Shown here one piece after another: positions 33,464-43,292 of a DNA stretch of 52,537 nt (positions are counted from its first letter, which is position 1; each line of letters starts with the position of its first letter). The notes below the pieces were generated by a model. The model did not search any database, was not told the origin of the DNA, and saw nothing but the letters and a program-made list of their open reading frames with translations. A program made the position numbers and the translations under genes. Source of the stretch: an uncultured Enterobacteriaceae bacterium (lineage in GTDB: Bacteria; Pseudomonadota; Gammaproteobacteria; Burkholderiales; SG8-39). The stretch covers positions 1,432 through 53,968 of the forward strand of contig CAZOSA010000002.1 in the NCBI GenBank assembly GCA_964582155.1. Reading direction: 5' to 3'.

Positions 33464-35315
33464 GCCAGATCTCGAGGTTGAGGAGCGTCCACAGGACTTT
33501 CTCTCTGTTCTGCTTGCCGCTCAGGTGATCGGCGAGCATTCCGTCCAGGACCTTGGCGTCGTAATAGGCCCTGGTCATCGAGGCAGCGCCTTGCAGGTGA
33601 CCCAGCAGGAAATCGCGCATCGGTCCGCGAAACCATTTGTTCACCGGTACCCTGAAGCCCACCTTCGGCCGGGTCAGGATGCGTTCAGGAAGCAGATGCC
33701 GTGCCGCCGACCTGAGGATCCATTTGGTGTGCCAGCCACGGATGCGAAAGCGGTCTGGCAGCGAGGAAACGAACGCGGCCAGTTCGTGATCCAGAAACGG
33801 AACCCGCGCCTCGATCGAAGCCGCCATGGTCATCCGGTCTGCGCGCTCGAGCAGATTGTCGGGCAACCAGCTCGCTTGATCGAAGTAGAGCATGCGCCGC
33901 AGGGAACTGTTGCGCGGATCGGCGTCGAAAGGCGCCGTATCGGTTGGCGCGGCCTGGGGAGCACGCAGCACCGACAGCCGGTCGCGCTCGGCGCCGCTGA
34001 GCGCGCCAAACCAGCGCACGTAACGCTCGCGCCAGTCTTCGATGTTCAGATTGGCCACCGCCGTCTTGATCCGGCGGAAGCCGTAGGGCAGCGCCTGCGC
34101 CAGCGGTTCGACCAGGCGGTGGCGGATGCTGCCTGGCAGCCACTGGTAAGGGCGGACCAAGCGCTCGGCCACGTGCTTCGGATAGCCGCCGAGTAGCTCG
34201 TCGCTGCCTTCGCCGGTCAGTACCATCTTCACGCTGCGGGCAGCTTCGCACGCCAGCAAATGGATCGGAATGTCGGAGGGCTCAGTGACCGGGGCATCGC
34301 GGAACGCAACCAGTGCCGGGAGCCGGTCGATGAGGTCGCGGTCCGTGACCGTGATCTCATGGTGGGCGGTGCCGAAGTGCCGCGCCACCTGTGCGGCATA
34401 GCCCAGTTCGCTGTAGCCGGCGTCGCCGAAGCCGACCGAAAAGGTGTTGACCTTCGAGTTGTGACGACTCATGAGCGCCACGATGGTCGAGGAGTCGAGC
34501 CCGCCTGACAGGAACGCGCCGAACGGCACGTCGCTCACCATCTGCAGTCTGACCGACTCGTCGAGGCGCGACAGGAACGCATCGACCACATCGGCCTGCG
34601 GTTGCCGGAACTCGAGAGCGCTGCGATCCGGCGCCGACCAGTAGCGCGCCTCGGTAAGCCTGCCGTGCTCCCAGACGGCCGTCGTCCCGGGCAACAGTTT
34701 CCGGATGCCGCTGAACAGCGTCGTCGGGCCCGGCACATAGCGATACGCGAGATAATCTCCGACGGCTTGCAGATTCACGGCGGCCTTGACGCCGGGAACG
34801 CGCAGCAGCGCCTTGATCTCCGAGGCGAAGTAAAGGCCGTGCGCGTTCTCGTGCAGGAACAGCGGCTTCTCGCCGAAGCGGTCCCGCGCCAGAAACAGCC
34901 GCTCCCGTCGGGCATCCCAGATCGCAAATGCGAACATGCCGCGCAGGTGGTGGACCACATCGCACTGCCAGTGCTGGTAGGCACGCAGCAGCACTTCGGT
35001 ATCGGAATCGCGCACGAAGCTGTAACCGAGGCCGCTCAACTGCTGCCGCAATTCGCGGAAGTTGTAGATTTCCCCGTTGAAGGTCACCGCCAGGCCGGCG
35101 CCGTCATCGCACATGGGCTGTCGCGCCCCATCGGGGTCGATGATCGCCAGGCGCCGGTGCCCGAGAAACACGTCGTGACCGGTGCCAAGGCAGCGAAACT
35201 GCCGGATGCCCTCGTCGTCCGGTCCGCGATGGGCGATCGCGCGCAGCATCGCCTTCAGCGTGTCCTCGCCGAGGACACCTTCCGGTCTCGCGATCCATCC
35301 TGCAATTCCACACAT
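33441..35315 (-). CDS. Asparagine synthase (glutamine-hydrolysing) family amidotransferase, second copy
   Basis: The true start is the ATG at 35315 (MCGIAGWIARPEG). RGPDDEG; PP-loop AFLSGGLDSS. The 35654 ORF start adds 113 non-homologous residues. Confidence 0.85.
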   Translation of the reverse strand: MCGIAGWIARPEGVLGEDTLKAMLRAIAHRGPDDEGIRQFRCLGTGHDVFLGHRRLAIIDPDGARQPMCDDGAGLAVTFNGEIYNFRELRQQLSGLGYSFVRDSDTEVLLRAYQHWQCDVVHHLRGMFAFAIWDARRERLFLARDRFGEKPLFLHENAHGLYFASEIKALLRVPGVKAAVNLQAVGDYLAYRYVPGPTTLFSGIRKLLPGTTAVWEHGRLTEARYWSAPDRSALEFRQPQADVVDAFLSRLDESVRLQMVSDVPFGAFLSGGLDSSTIVALMSRHNSKVNTFSVGFGDAGYSELGYAAQVARHFGTAHHEITVTDRDLIDRLPALVAFRDAPVTEPSDIPIHLLACEAARSVKMVLTGEGSDELLGGYPKHVAERLVRPYQWLPGSIRHRLVEPLAQALPYGFRRIKTAVANLNIEDWRERYVRWFGALSGAERDRLSVLRAPQAAPTDTAPFDADPRNSSLRRMLYFDQASWLPDNLLERADRMTMAASIEARVPFLDHELAAFVSSLPDRFRIRGWHTKWILRSAARHLLPERILTRPKVGFRVPVNKWFRGPMRDFLLGHLQGAASMTRAYYDAKVLDGMLADHLSGKQNREKVLWTLLNLEIWHRHYAQA

Positions 35316-35622
35316 GCGGGCCCCTGCCGGTACGCGCCGCCGGCAGCATCTCGTCGTCCGGCATCCTCGAATGGTGCAATACCGCTGTGTAGCGCCTGCC
35401 TGTGCGCCATGGTCCGTATGGACCGGTGTCAGCCGGCGGCCACCGTCTCCCTCGGCCGTAGCGGCCTTGCGCACGGCGCCAGGAGCACCTTTTCGTATCG
35501 GTCCACCATGGTTGCCACCGAGAACCGGGTCTTCAGGCGAGTGCACCGGGGGTGGTACGATCGGCTCATGTGGCGCGAGAAGTGGATGCGCGCGCCGCAA
35601 CGCCCACCGCAAGAGGCCCGCC

Positions 35623-36777
35623 ATGCGCGTGCTGTTCATCATCAGTGAGCTCACGCTGGGCGGCGCCCAGAAGCAGGTGGTCGAGCTCGGCCGCCAGCTG
35701 GTCCGCCACGGCCACGACGCGGCGATCTACACGCTCAATCGGGACGTGCCGCGTGCGAGCGAGCTCGAAGGCTCGGGCGTCGAGCTCGTCGTCGACCAGA
35801 AGCGCCTCAAGCTCGATCCTGCGGTCTTGTGGCGGCTGCGCCGCTTCATCGCGCGGTGGCGGCCCGACGTGGCGCACGGCTTTCTCTTCGACGGCGACAT
35901 CTATGCGCGCCTCGCGGCGTTCGGCACGGGCGTCCCGGTGCTCAATTCCGAGCGCAGCGACAACTACCGGATCTCGACGGCGCAGCGCGTCGCCCATTGG
36001 CTCACCAAGCCGCTCGTCGATGGCGTCGTCGCCAACAGCCACTCGGGAAGCGCGTTCGCCGAGCGCCTCTACGGCTACGACCCCGCGCGGATGCACGTCG
36101 TCTGGAACGGCATGCGCATCGAGGATGTCGAGCGCGAGGCCGTGAGCGCCGCCGACTATCGCTCGATCTTCTTCGGGCCGGGAAAGCACAAGATCGCGTG
36201 CCTCATCGGCGCGATCAAGCCCGCCAAGGATTATCACCTCGCGATCGATACGGCCGAGCGCCTCGTGAAAGGCGCGCCCGAGTGGCGCGTGCTCTTCCTC
36301 GGCGACCAGCTCTCGAAGAGCGTCGATTACGGCGCTGGCAAGGATTCCGATTCCGGCGATTACAAGAGCGAGGTGATGCGCCATTTCAACGGCCTCGAGG
36401 TCGGCGACAGGGTGAGATTCGCCGGCGCACGCGCCGACGCGCCCGCGATCCTCGCGCAGAGCGACGTGCTTTTCATCACCTCGTGCCGCGAAGGCTTTCC
36501 CAATTGTGTCCTCGAAGCGATGGCGCTGGGCGTGCCCGTGACAAGCACCGATTACTCGGACATCCGCCACATCCTGCCGCCGCGGCAGGTCGTCGTCGAG
36601 CGCTCGCCCGATGCGCTTGCCCAGGCAATCGTCGCGGCTTTCGATGACCACGATGCGATCGCGGCGGAGCAGAAGCTTTGGGTGCGCACGCACGCGAGTA
36701 TCGAGCACGCCACCCGCAACCTCGAGCGTGTCTACCAGCGCTATATCCGCCGCCCTGTTCTCGAGCATCCCGCTTGA
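35623..36777 (+). CDS. GT4 (group 1) glycosyltransferase
   Basis: ATG at 35623 (MRVLFIISELTLGGAQKQVVEL); REGFPNCVLEAMALGVPVTSTD. Confidence 0.8.
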   Translation: MRVLFIISELTLGGAQKQVVELGRQLVRHGHDAAIYTLNRDVPRASELEGSGVELVVDQKRLKLDPAVLWRLRRFIARWRPDVAHGFLFDGDIYARLAAFGTGVPVLNSERSDNYRISTAQRVAHWLTKPLVDGVVANSHSGSAFAERLYGYDPARMHVVWNGMRIEDVEREAVSAADYRSIFFGPGKHKIACLIGAIKPAKDYHLAIDTAERLVKGAPEWRVLFLGDQLSKSVDYGAGKDSDSGDYKSEVMRHFNGLEVGDRVRFAGARADAPAILAQSDVLFITSCREGFPNCVLEAMALGVPVTSTDYSDIRHILPPRQVVVERSPDALAQAIVAAFDDHDAIAAEQKLWVRTHASIEHATRNLERVYQRYIRRPVLEHPA

Positions 36778-36825
36778 TGAAGGCGCCGCCGTGGCATGGC
36801 GAACCGGTGACGAACATCAGGCGCG

Positions 36826-38427
36826 TCATGGTGCTGCCGCAGATTCCACATGGTGCTGACTTCGCAAGGTGGCGAACCAGGCCCTGCATGTAGCGGAGGA
36901 TGCGGCAATCCCGACATAGGCTGAGGTCAGGGTCGCCCCGCCGACCAGCAGGCGCGTCAGCAGCCCGCTCGCGGGGAAGTAAAGCGCCACCATGCCCCAG
37001 GCGAGAGCAGCCGCGACGGTGGCGAACAGCCCGAGCAGTGCAATCATTCTCCAGTTCTGCAGCCGCCGGATCGGGACGCCCGTAAGCAGCGAGATTCGCC
37101 GCAGGGTGGCAAAACGGTCCAGATAGATCACGATCACGCTGCCCACCGCCGCTCCCGTGAGGCCGATCTGGACGGCCGCATACCAGTTGAGTGCAACGGC
37201 AAGGATCAGGGCCGCGGCATTCACCGCCATCACGAATACGGCCTGACGAAGCAGCATTGTGATGATCGACAGCTCGACTGCGAAGGCCACGATGCCGACA
37301 ATGTAGACCCGCATCACCGCGGCGGCATCCAGATAGGTGGCGGTGTAAACCAGCGTAACCAGCTCTTCGGCAAAGACGAAGACAAAGGCGAACAGCGGAA
37401 AGGCGAGCGCACCGACCATGATGTTGCCGCGGCTGTTGAGCGCGAGCATGCCGGTGACGTCGCCCGTGGCCTGGCGGCGGCTCATGGTCGGCAGAAAGGC
37501 GATGTTGACCGACTGGCGGCACAGATACATCAGCGCTCCGAGCACCGCGGCGATCGAGAACGACGCGAACATGCCCAGCGGAAAGAGCGCCGCCACCACC
37601 CATTGATCCGCCTGCGTGCGCAATCCGTACAGCGCCCCCGCCGCCCCGAGCGGCGCGGCATACCGCAGTTGATCCGCCAGTACGCTCCATCGCAGGACCG
37701 GGCCGCGCAAGCCGTGAAACCTGGCAACGTAACCCAGCAGCAATGCGACCTTGAACGCCACGAAGGCAAGCAGGACCAGCAGCACCGGCCCCAGTTCGCG
37801 CGTCAGGATGGCAACCGCCGACAGCGATACGGCACGCAGCACGGCAAGACTGACTGTCGCCTTGGCCTGCCATTTCACCCGCTCCTCGGCCGCGGGCAGC
37901 AGATCGAGCAGCGCCGAGACAACCCACAGCAGGATGAACGCGGGCACGACGGCTTCGTGCTGTGCCAGGCCGCGCAGCTTCCCGGGCAGCCAGGGATTCC
38001 AGGCGCTCACGGCCCATGCCGATACCAGGCCGGCGACAACGAGAAATACCAGCGTCTGGTTCACGTACAGGCGTTTCGTCTCGGCCTCCGACCGCGGCAG
38101 GTAATAGTAGAGGCTGTGCGGCATTGCCATGGTCGCGACGGCCAGGACCGTCCCCGCCGCGAGCCACAGCAGCCGGTACTCTCCGAACGAGGCGGCATCG
38201 AGGTATCGCACGAGCACCACCGGGAGCAGGAACTGGATTGCGAACTCGATTGCGTTTGCGGCGCCCAGTGTCAGGGCGCGCTGCCCGAGCCGCGGTGCAG
38301 CCGACGACGCCGACCCTGCTGCACCGGACAAATCCGGGCGGCCGGCGGACTGGACGAGACTGGCCAGAAGGTTCAATGCGCCGGCCGCTTGCTCTGCTGA
38401 CCGTACATCATGCCGATCGCAAGCCAC
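36826..38427 (-). CDS. Wzx-type oligosaccharide flippase (MOP/polysaccharide biosynthesis protein family)
   Basis: 533-aa ORF, highly hydrophobic with 12 or more predicted helices, in the position expected after a Wzy-like gene. The GTG start overlaps the upstream gene by 55 nt, so the start is uncertain. Confidence 0.7.
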   Translation of the reverse strand: MACDRHDVRSAEQAAGALNLLASLVQSAGRPDLSGAAGSASSAAPRLGQRALTLGAANAIEFAIQFLLPVVLVRYLDAASFGEYRLLWLAAGTVLAVATMAMPHSLYYYLPRSEAETKRLYVNQTLVFLVVAGLVSAWAVSAWNPWLPGKLRGLAQHEAVVPAFILLWVVSALLDLLPAAEERVKWQAKATVSLAVLRAVSLSAVAILTRELGPVLLVLLAFVAFKVALLLGYVARFHGLRGPVLRWSVLADQLRYAAPLGAAGALYGLRTQADQWVVAALFPLGMFASFSIAAVLGALMYLCRQSVNIAFLPTMSRRQATGDVTGMLALNSRGNIMVGALAFPLFAFVFVFAEELVTLVYTATYLDAAAVMRVYIVGIVAFAVELSIITMLLRQAVFVMAVNAAALILAVALNWYAAVQIGLTGAAVGSVIVIYLDRFATLRRISLLTGVPIRRLQNWRMIALLGLFATVAAALAWGMVALYFPASGLLTRLLVGGATLTSAYVGIAASSATCRAWFATLRSQHHVESAAAP

Positions 38428-39896
38428 AGGAATACCTGCTCTGGCCGCGGCAGGAGGCTGCCGTCAGTGACGCTGGAAGCAAGCAGGCCGAATAAACCGG
38501 CTGCCGCACCCTGATAGAGTCCGCGCAGGGAGGGACTCAAGGCCGGATCGAGGCTCAATGTCCTGAATCCCCTCCAGACGTGGATGAAGTAGGCGCACAG
38601 CAGGATCAGCCCGACCGCTCCCATGTCCAGAAGCGCCTGCAGGTACGCGTTGTGAGGGTGCGTGGTCAGCAGGATGTTCGTGCCCCCCCCCACGCGCATC
38701 GGCTCCGACCACATGATCGAACCGATGCCGCTGCCGTAGATCGGGCTGCGCATCACCTCGGGGAGCAGCGGCAGCCAGAGACTGTCGATGCGACCGGTGC
38801 TGATGGCGTTAATCCCTTCGCCCTCCCCGATGGCCACGCGCTCGTAGACCGCATCCGGGAGCGCGAACAGCGCGATCGAGGCCACGAGCCCGAAGAAGAC
38901 CAGGGACTTCACGCTTCGGCGCCAGAGCAGGAACAGCACGTTGACCAGGATGAACCCGACGAAGGCGCCGCGCGAGAATGTCAGCACCAGCACCGTCACC
39001 ACCAGCCCCATGGATGCCAGAAGCGCGAGCCTGGGTCCGAGCTGCTTCGATTCGGCCCAGGTAAAAAGCAGCAGCGCGTAGGCGACCGTATACAACCGGC
39101 CCTGCTCGTTGGCGTGCAGGCCGAGTGTCGACAGGAACGCGCGCGAATCGCTGCTCGCGAGCTGGCTGAGCGCGACTCCGGACTGGGCGACGAACGCTAC
39201 GACGATCAAGCCTATCGCCCAGATCGAGATCACCGCCGGGATGAGAAATTTTTCCGGCTTCCCGGACCTCGACACCGCCGCGCCGACCAGCAGCGCGAAC
39301 ACCACCATGAGCAGCGGCTTGGCCACCATATCGCGGAGATATCCGGTTGCGTCCTTGATGTCGATCACGTCGGGAAACAGGCGGAATGCCGGTGCGATTT
39401 CGCCGACATGCTGCGCGCCGATGCCGCCGGCGACCAGAATGGGCAGCAGGTATAGCCAGAGTAGGGGGCGCGGCAGAAATTGACGCAGACTCCCGTCGGA
39501 CAGCCCGCGCAGCAGGCAAGAGCCGAGCGTGCCGATCAGCAACAGGTTCAACGGATTGAGACCCGAAATCCCGAACATCGCATGCGGAAATACCTGGCTG
39601 GTCGACATCGGCAGCAACAGGATCAGCAGCACGACTCCGATGCGGAAATCGAACAGGATGAATGCGCAACCGATCAGCGAAACGCACAAGTACAGGGCGT
39701 TGAGTCCCGCGACCGCGACGACGGCGCCCCAGAACACCCCGAACAGTGCAATGCACGCCAGAATGGCGGTCCTGTCCGGGCGTTGTTGCCCGGGCTGGGA
39801 TGCCTCCGCGGCGCTTTCGCCGCGCAAGGCCGCCGTGCTGCGCCGCCAAAGAGCCGCCAGCCCGGGAACGATGTGTCGGGCCTGAGCCGTGGACAT
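38373..39896 (-). CDS. O-antigen ligase/polymerase-like (Wzy_C) membrane protein
   Basis: 507 aa, polytopic. TFSRGAFVGF and HPHNAYLQALLDMGAVGL are typical Wzy_C/O-antigen-ligase signatures. Confidence 0.72.
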   Translation of the reverse strand: MSTAQARHIVPGLAALWRRSTAALRGESAAEASQPGQQRPDRTAILACIALFGVFWGAVVAVAGLNALYLCVSLIGCAFILFDFRIGVVLLILLLPMSTSQVFPHAMFGISGLNPLNLLLIGTLGSCLLRGLSDGSLRQFLPRPLLWLYLLPILVAGGIGAQHVGEIAPAFRLFPDVIDIKDATGYLRDMVAKPLLMVVFALLVGAAVSRSGKPEKFLIPAVISIWAIGLIVVAFVAQSGVALSQLASSDSRAFLSTLGLHANEQGRLYTVAYALLLFTWAESKQLGPRLALLASMGLVVTVLVLTFSRGAFVGFILVNVLFLLWRRSVKSLVFFGLVASIALFALPDAVYERVAIGEGEGINAISTGRIDSLWLPLLPEVMRSPIYGSGIGSIMWSEPMRVGGGTNILLTTHPHNAYLQALLDMGAVGLILLCAYFIHVWRGFRTLSLDPALSPSLRGLYQGAAAGLFGLLASSVTDGSLLPRPEQVFLWLAIGMMYGQQSKRPAH

Positions 39897-39915
39897 TCTG
39901 CTCAGCCCGGTTAAT

Positions 39916-40812
39916 TCAAATCGAATTGAACACTGTGCCGACGACGCGGGTGCCCGTATCGCTCAATACCCGGATCGTGCTGGCGGTAGCGGCAATGCCG
40001 GTGTGGTCCTTGCGCGCCAGGACGATGGCACTGCCGGCCCGGAAAGCGAGGCTCTGTGCATCCGCGTAGGGGATTGCCGGTGGCGTATCGAAAAGGATGA
40101 CGTCGAATTCGTTGCGCAATTCTTCCAGCAGGGTGGTCAGTACCGGGCGCAACAGCAATTCCTGCGGATTGGGCGGACACGCGCCCGCCGGCAACAGCGA
40201 CAGGGTGCCGAACCGCGGAAGCGGCACCACTGCGCCCCGATCGGCGCGGCCCGAGAGGACCGCAGAAAGGCCGACCCGGTCGGGAACATCGAAGATCCGA
40301 TGCTGCCGCGGCCTGCGCAGATCGGCGTCGATCAGAAGCGTACGCTGGCCGAGTTGGGAAAATACCACGGCAAGGTTGGCCGCCACGTAGCTGCGCCCTT
40401 CGCCGGAGCCCGGGCTGACGACAGCCAGCATCCGGTGCCTGACCCTGGCATTGGCCCATCGAATCAGCAGTTGCGTGCGCAACGCCCTCAGTTCCTCGGC
40501 GCGGGGATGAAACGGTTCATACGCCGCGACGAGTTCCCTGCTGATGCTTTCGTTGCCGGGAAGCAGATGAAGAAGCCCGTATTGCTTGGCGATCGCGCCA
40601 CGCAGGTCGTCAGCCGTGATAAGGCGCAGGCGGATTGCCGCTTCGCCGAATCTGATTCCCCGGGCGCGCTGGATCTCGAGTATCGGCTCTACGTCGCGTG
40701 AACTGATCTTTCCATCCTCGACGAGGATGTTGCCCAGCCTGCCATCCTGACGTGCAACCAGGCGCCCGAAACCTTCAATCGGAAGCACATTGTCGGTGGT
40801 GCTCATCGACAC
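39916..40812 (-). CDS. epsG: EpsG-type chain-length-determinant ATPase (BY-kinase-like) with MshEN-like N-terminus
   Basis: 298 aa. Walker A-like SPGSGEGRSY (Arg where Lys is expected), A' LLIDADLRRP, Walker B DVILFDTPP, and no C-terminal Tyr cluster. Residues 25-77 fit the tandem RLGxx[LIV][LIV]xxG..Q motif. Confidence 0.7.
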   Translation of the reverse strand: MSMSTTDNVLPIEGFGRLVARQDGRLGNILVEDGKISSRDVEPILEIQRARGIRFGEAAIRLRLITADDLRGAIAKQYGLLHLLPGNESISRELVAAYEPFHPRAEELRALRTQLLIRWANARVRHRMLAVVSPGSGEGRSYVAANLAVVFSQLGQRTLLIDADLRRPRQHRIFDVPDRVGLSAVLSGRADRGAVVPLPRFGTLSLLPAGACPPNPQELLLRPVLTTLLEELRNEFDVILFDTPPAIPYADAQSLAFRAGSAIVLARKDHTGIAATASTIRVLSDTGTRVVGTVFNSI

Positions 40813-40815
40813 TCC

Positions 40816-42246
40816 TCAAGGAGAGCCAGGCAATGCACGATTGTTCCTTCCTGACCAGGCGAGCAGGCGGGTTGCGGGCCGCCATGGCTTCAACTCGCCG
40901 AGCATCGGCACATTCCATGCATTCTCGAGGTCGTCGAGAGAACGCACCCGGCGGTCGGTGATCTCCAGAAGCATCACAATGCCCAGACCGAGCATGGCGC
41001 CAACCACCAGCGACAAAGCGATGTTGAGAGCGACTTTCGGGCTGGAGGGCTTGCTCGGCACGATTGCCGGGCTGAGCACGGCGACAGTGGTCTGGTTTGC
41101 ACGGCTTTCCACCTGGCTCGTCACTGAGCGCTGCATGGCGGTGTCGTAGGCCCGTTCCGCCGATTCCACATTGCGCCTGAGCACCGTGAGCTCATTGCGG
41201 GTCTGCTTGAGGCCGAGCAGGCGTGTGCGCTGCGCCGCCATCGCCTGCGCCAGCGCCGCCTCCCGCTGACGGCTCTGGAGCGCGGAGGTCCCAATTCCGG
41301 CCACTACTTTCGTCATTTCGGCGTCGAGTTTCTCGCGCAGGCTCGCGTTCTCGGAAACCTGCCGCTGGAACTGCGGATGATTTCGTCCGTACTGCGTTGC
41401 CAGCTGCCGAAGCCTGGATTCCCCCTGCAGGAGCTCGCCCTTCAGCTTCTGAATGAACGCATTGTCGAGCACGTCCGGCAGTCTGTCCGGCGATGCGCCT
41501 CCTTTGGTGGCCTGGCGGGCCTGCTGCTCGCGGCTGCTCCATTGAAACGCCTGCTCCTGCGCCTTTACTGCTTCGTCCGACAAGGCGCCCAGCCGGGTAT
41601 GCTCGACATCGAGGCGCTCGTCTGGCGAGACAATCTGCCGCAGTTGATAGTTATCGGTGAGTTTGGTCTGGGCCTGTTCGAGATTGGCGCGCAGGCTCTT
41701 CAACTGATCGTCGAACCAGGTCGCCGCCTCCCGGGCAGGTTCCACGCTCAGCTCGAGCATCGTGTCGATATGGGCCCTGGCGAAGGCATTGGCGACCAGC
41801 GCGGCGAAACCGGGGTCGGACGACGAGAAGGTCGCCTGGACGACGTTGCTCTGCGAGGTCTCCACCTTGAGCTCCTTCAGCAGGATGCCGACCAGGCGAT
41901 CCTCGTTCGAGGCGCCGCCCCCATCGTCGTCCTTGAGGATCGCGCGCGCCGTAGCATCTTCCGCGAGCTTCAGATCCTGCACCACTTTGCGCGCCACTTT
42001 CTTGCTGGTGAGGATGTCCTTCTGCGTCTCCAGAAAGCTCGCCCTCTCGTGTGGTTGCAGGGGCGGGCGCTGGGTATTGCTGATGGACTGCTCGTTTCTG
42101 GTGTCCATCAGCAGCGAAACCGTCGACTTGTAGGTTTTGGGCAGAATCAGGCTCACGGCCGCGGCGGCCAGCACGGTGGCAGCCACAACCAGGACGAACA
42201 CCCCGAAGCGTGCGCGCAATGCGTGCAGAAGCTGCTGCAGGCTCAC
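40816..42246 (-). CDS. epsF: EpsF-type polysaccharide chain-length determinant (Wzz/PCP family)
   Basis: 476 aa. N-terminal TM plus the Wzz motif LILPKTYKSTVSLLMD, a long coiled-coil periplasmic region, and a C-terminal TM. Confidence 0.72.
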   Translation of the reverse strand: MSLQQLLHALRARFGVFVLVVAATVLAAAAVSLILPKTYKSTVSLLMDTRNEQSISNTQRPPLQPHERASFLETQKDILTSKKVARKVVQDLKLAEDATARAILKDDDGGGASNEDRLVGILLKELKVETSQSNVVQATFSSSDPGFAALVANAFARAHIDTMLELSVEPAREAATWFDDQLKSLRANLEQAQTKLTDNYQLRQIVSPDERLDVEHTRLGALSDEAVKAQEQAFQWSSREQQARQATKGGASPDRLPDVLDNAFIQKLKGELLQGESRLRQLATQYGRNHPQFQRQVSENASLREKLDAEMTKVVAGIGTSALQSRQREAALAQAMAAQRTRLLGLKQTRNELTVLRRNVESAERAYDTAMQRSVTSQVESRANQTTVAVLSPAIVPSKPSSPKVALNIALSLVVGAMLGLGIVMLLEITDRRVRSLDDLENAWNVPMLGELKPWRPATRLLAWSGRNNRALPGSP

Positions 42247-42293
42247 GCTGGTTGCCGGTTGGAAGGGTTGCTCATACAGTCTGGCATCGCCCG

Positions 42294-43160
42294 CTAGAAC
42301 AGGCTCTCGCGCACGAAAACAATGTCGTCCGTCTGGATCGGATCCGTGAGCTTGGCATCGAGTTTCTTGAATTTGCCGTTCGGCAGGCGCCGATGAACGC
42401 CGATGCCGCGCTCGGTAGCGCGCAAGGTCAGGCCCCCTCCAAGCGCCAGGGCCTGCATCACGATCATGTTCGGCTCCAGTCGATAGGCGCCGGCGCGCTG
42501 CACCTCCCCGTAGATGTAGAACACCGGGGCACGTTCCACGAAAATGGTGTCCCCGCTCTCGATCTGGATGTTGGCCGACGCGTCGCCGCCGCGGAAAATC
42601 GCCGGCACGTCGATTTCCCGTGTTTCCGGCTTGCCGCCGCGGTTCGTCAATAACGTCACCTTGTCGGCTCCGATGGGGCTGATGCCGCCCGCCAGCGTCA
42701 GGATGTCGGTCAGGCGCGTGCTGGAATCCTCGAGCACATAGTTGCCGGGCCGCAATAGTTGCCCGAGCACGTGCACCTGCCGGCTGCGCAGCTGGACCAG
42801 CGCAACCACGACCTGCGGCCTGACGATGAAGTTGCCGCGACGCAGGCGATCGGCGATCCGGGCTCCTGCCTCGGCCGGCGTCAACCCGCCCAGTTCGACT
42901 TCGCCGATCAGCGGAAACACGATGCTGCCAGTTTGGGAAATGCGGGTTTCAGTGGTCAGGTCCGGGCTCTGGAACACCGTAATGCGTATGGTGTCGCCCG
43001 CCCCGAGGTCTTCGCGCGTCTGGGGCGCATTGCGTGCCTGCGAATGGGAAGGCACTGGCGCCGCGAGCATTGCGGCTGCGAACAGGGCCCACGCCAGGCT
43101 GCGCCATGCATGGCTCATCGTGAAGCGGTATTTCGGCATGGTTGTCATGGCAGATCTCAT
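42294..43160 (-). CDS. epsE: EpsE/Wza-type polysaccharide export protein (Poly_export + SLBB)
   Basis: 288 aa with a signal peptide. LGAGDTIRITVFQSPDLT ... GSIVFPLIGEVELGGLTPAEA ... VHVLGQLLRPGNY are typical of Wza/OPX exporters. Confidence 0.75.
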   Translation of the reverse strand: MRSAMTTMPKYRFTMSHAWRSLAWALFAAAMLAAPVPSHSQARNAPQTREDLGAGDTIRITVFQSPDLTTETRISQTGSIVFPLIGEVELGGLTPAEAGARIADRLRRGNFIVRPQVVVALVQLRSRQVHVLGQLLRPGNYVLEDSSTRLTDILTLAGGISPIGADKVTLLTNRGGKPETREIDVPAIFRGGDASANIQIESGDTIFVERAPVFYIYGEVQRAGAYRLEPNMIVMQALALGGGLTLRATERGIGVHRRLPNGKFKKLDAKLTDPIQTDDIVFVRESLF

Positions 43161-43292
43161 CTCTGGATGCGCGACAGGTTAGCCCCGGAACATTGAACTG
43201 GAAGTTGCAGGCTTGATCCGGACGGACTATCCGGCAGTACAGATTGTCCCGCCGCGACCGGATTGCCCCGGCGCGACAAGACATTGCGCCTC

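Noticed and set aside
35316-35654. 113-codon extension upstream of the second AsnB-type gene, and the 35182-35622 extension of the divergent GT4 ORF
   Set aside because: Class-II amidotransferases need Cys as the first residue after Met (MCGIAG at 35315), and the GT4 fold starts at MRVLFII (35623). The extensions overlap each other in the divergent intergenic region and look non-coding.
38373-39896. Large polytopic protein after epsG as the missing exosortase
   Set aside because: It carries Wzy_C/O-antigen-ligase signatures (TFSRGAF, HPHNAYLQ) rather than an exosortase-like layout.
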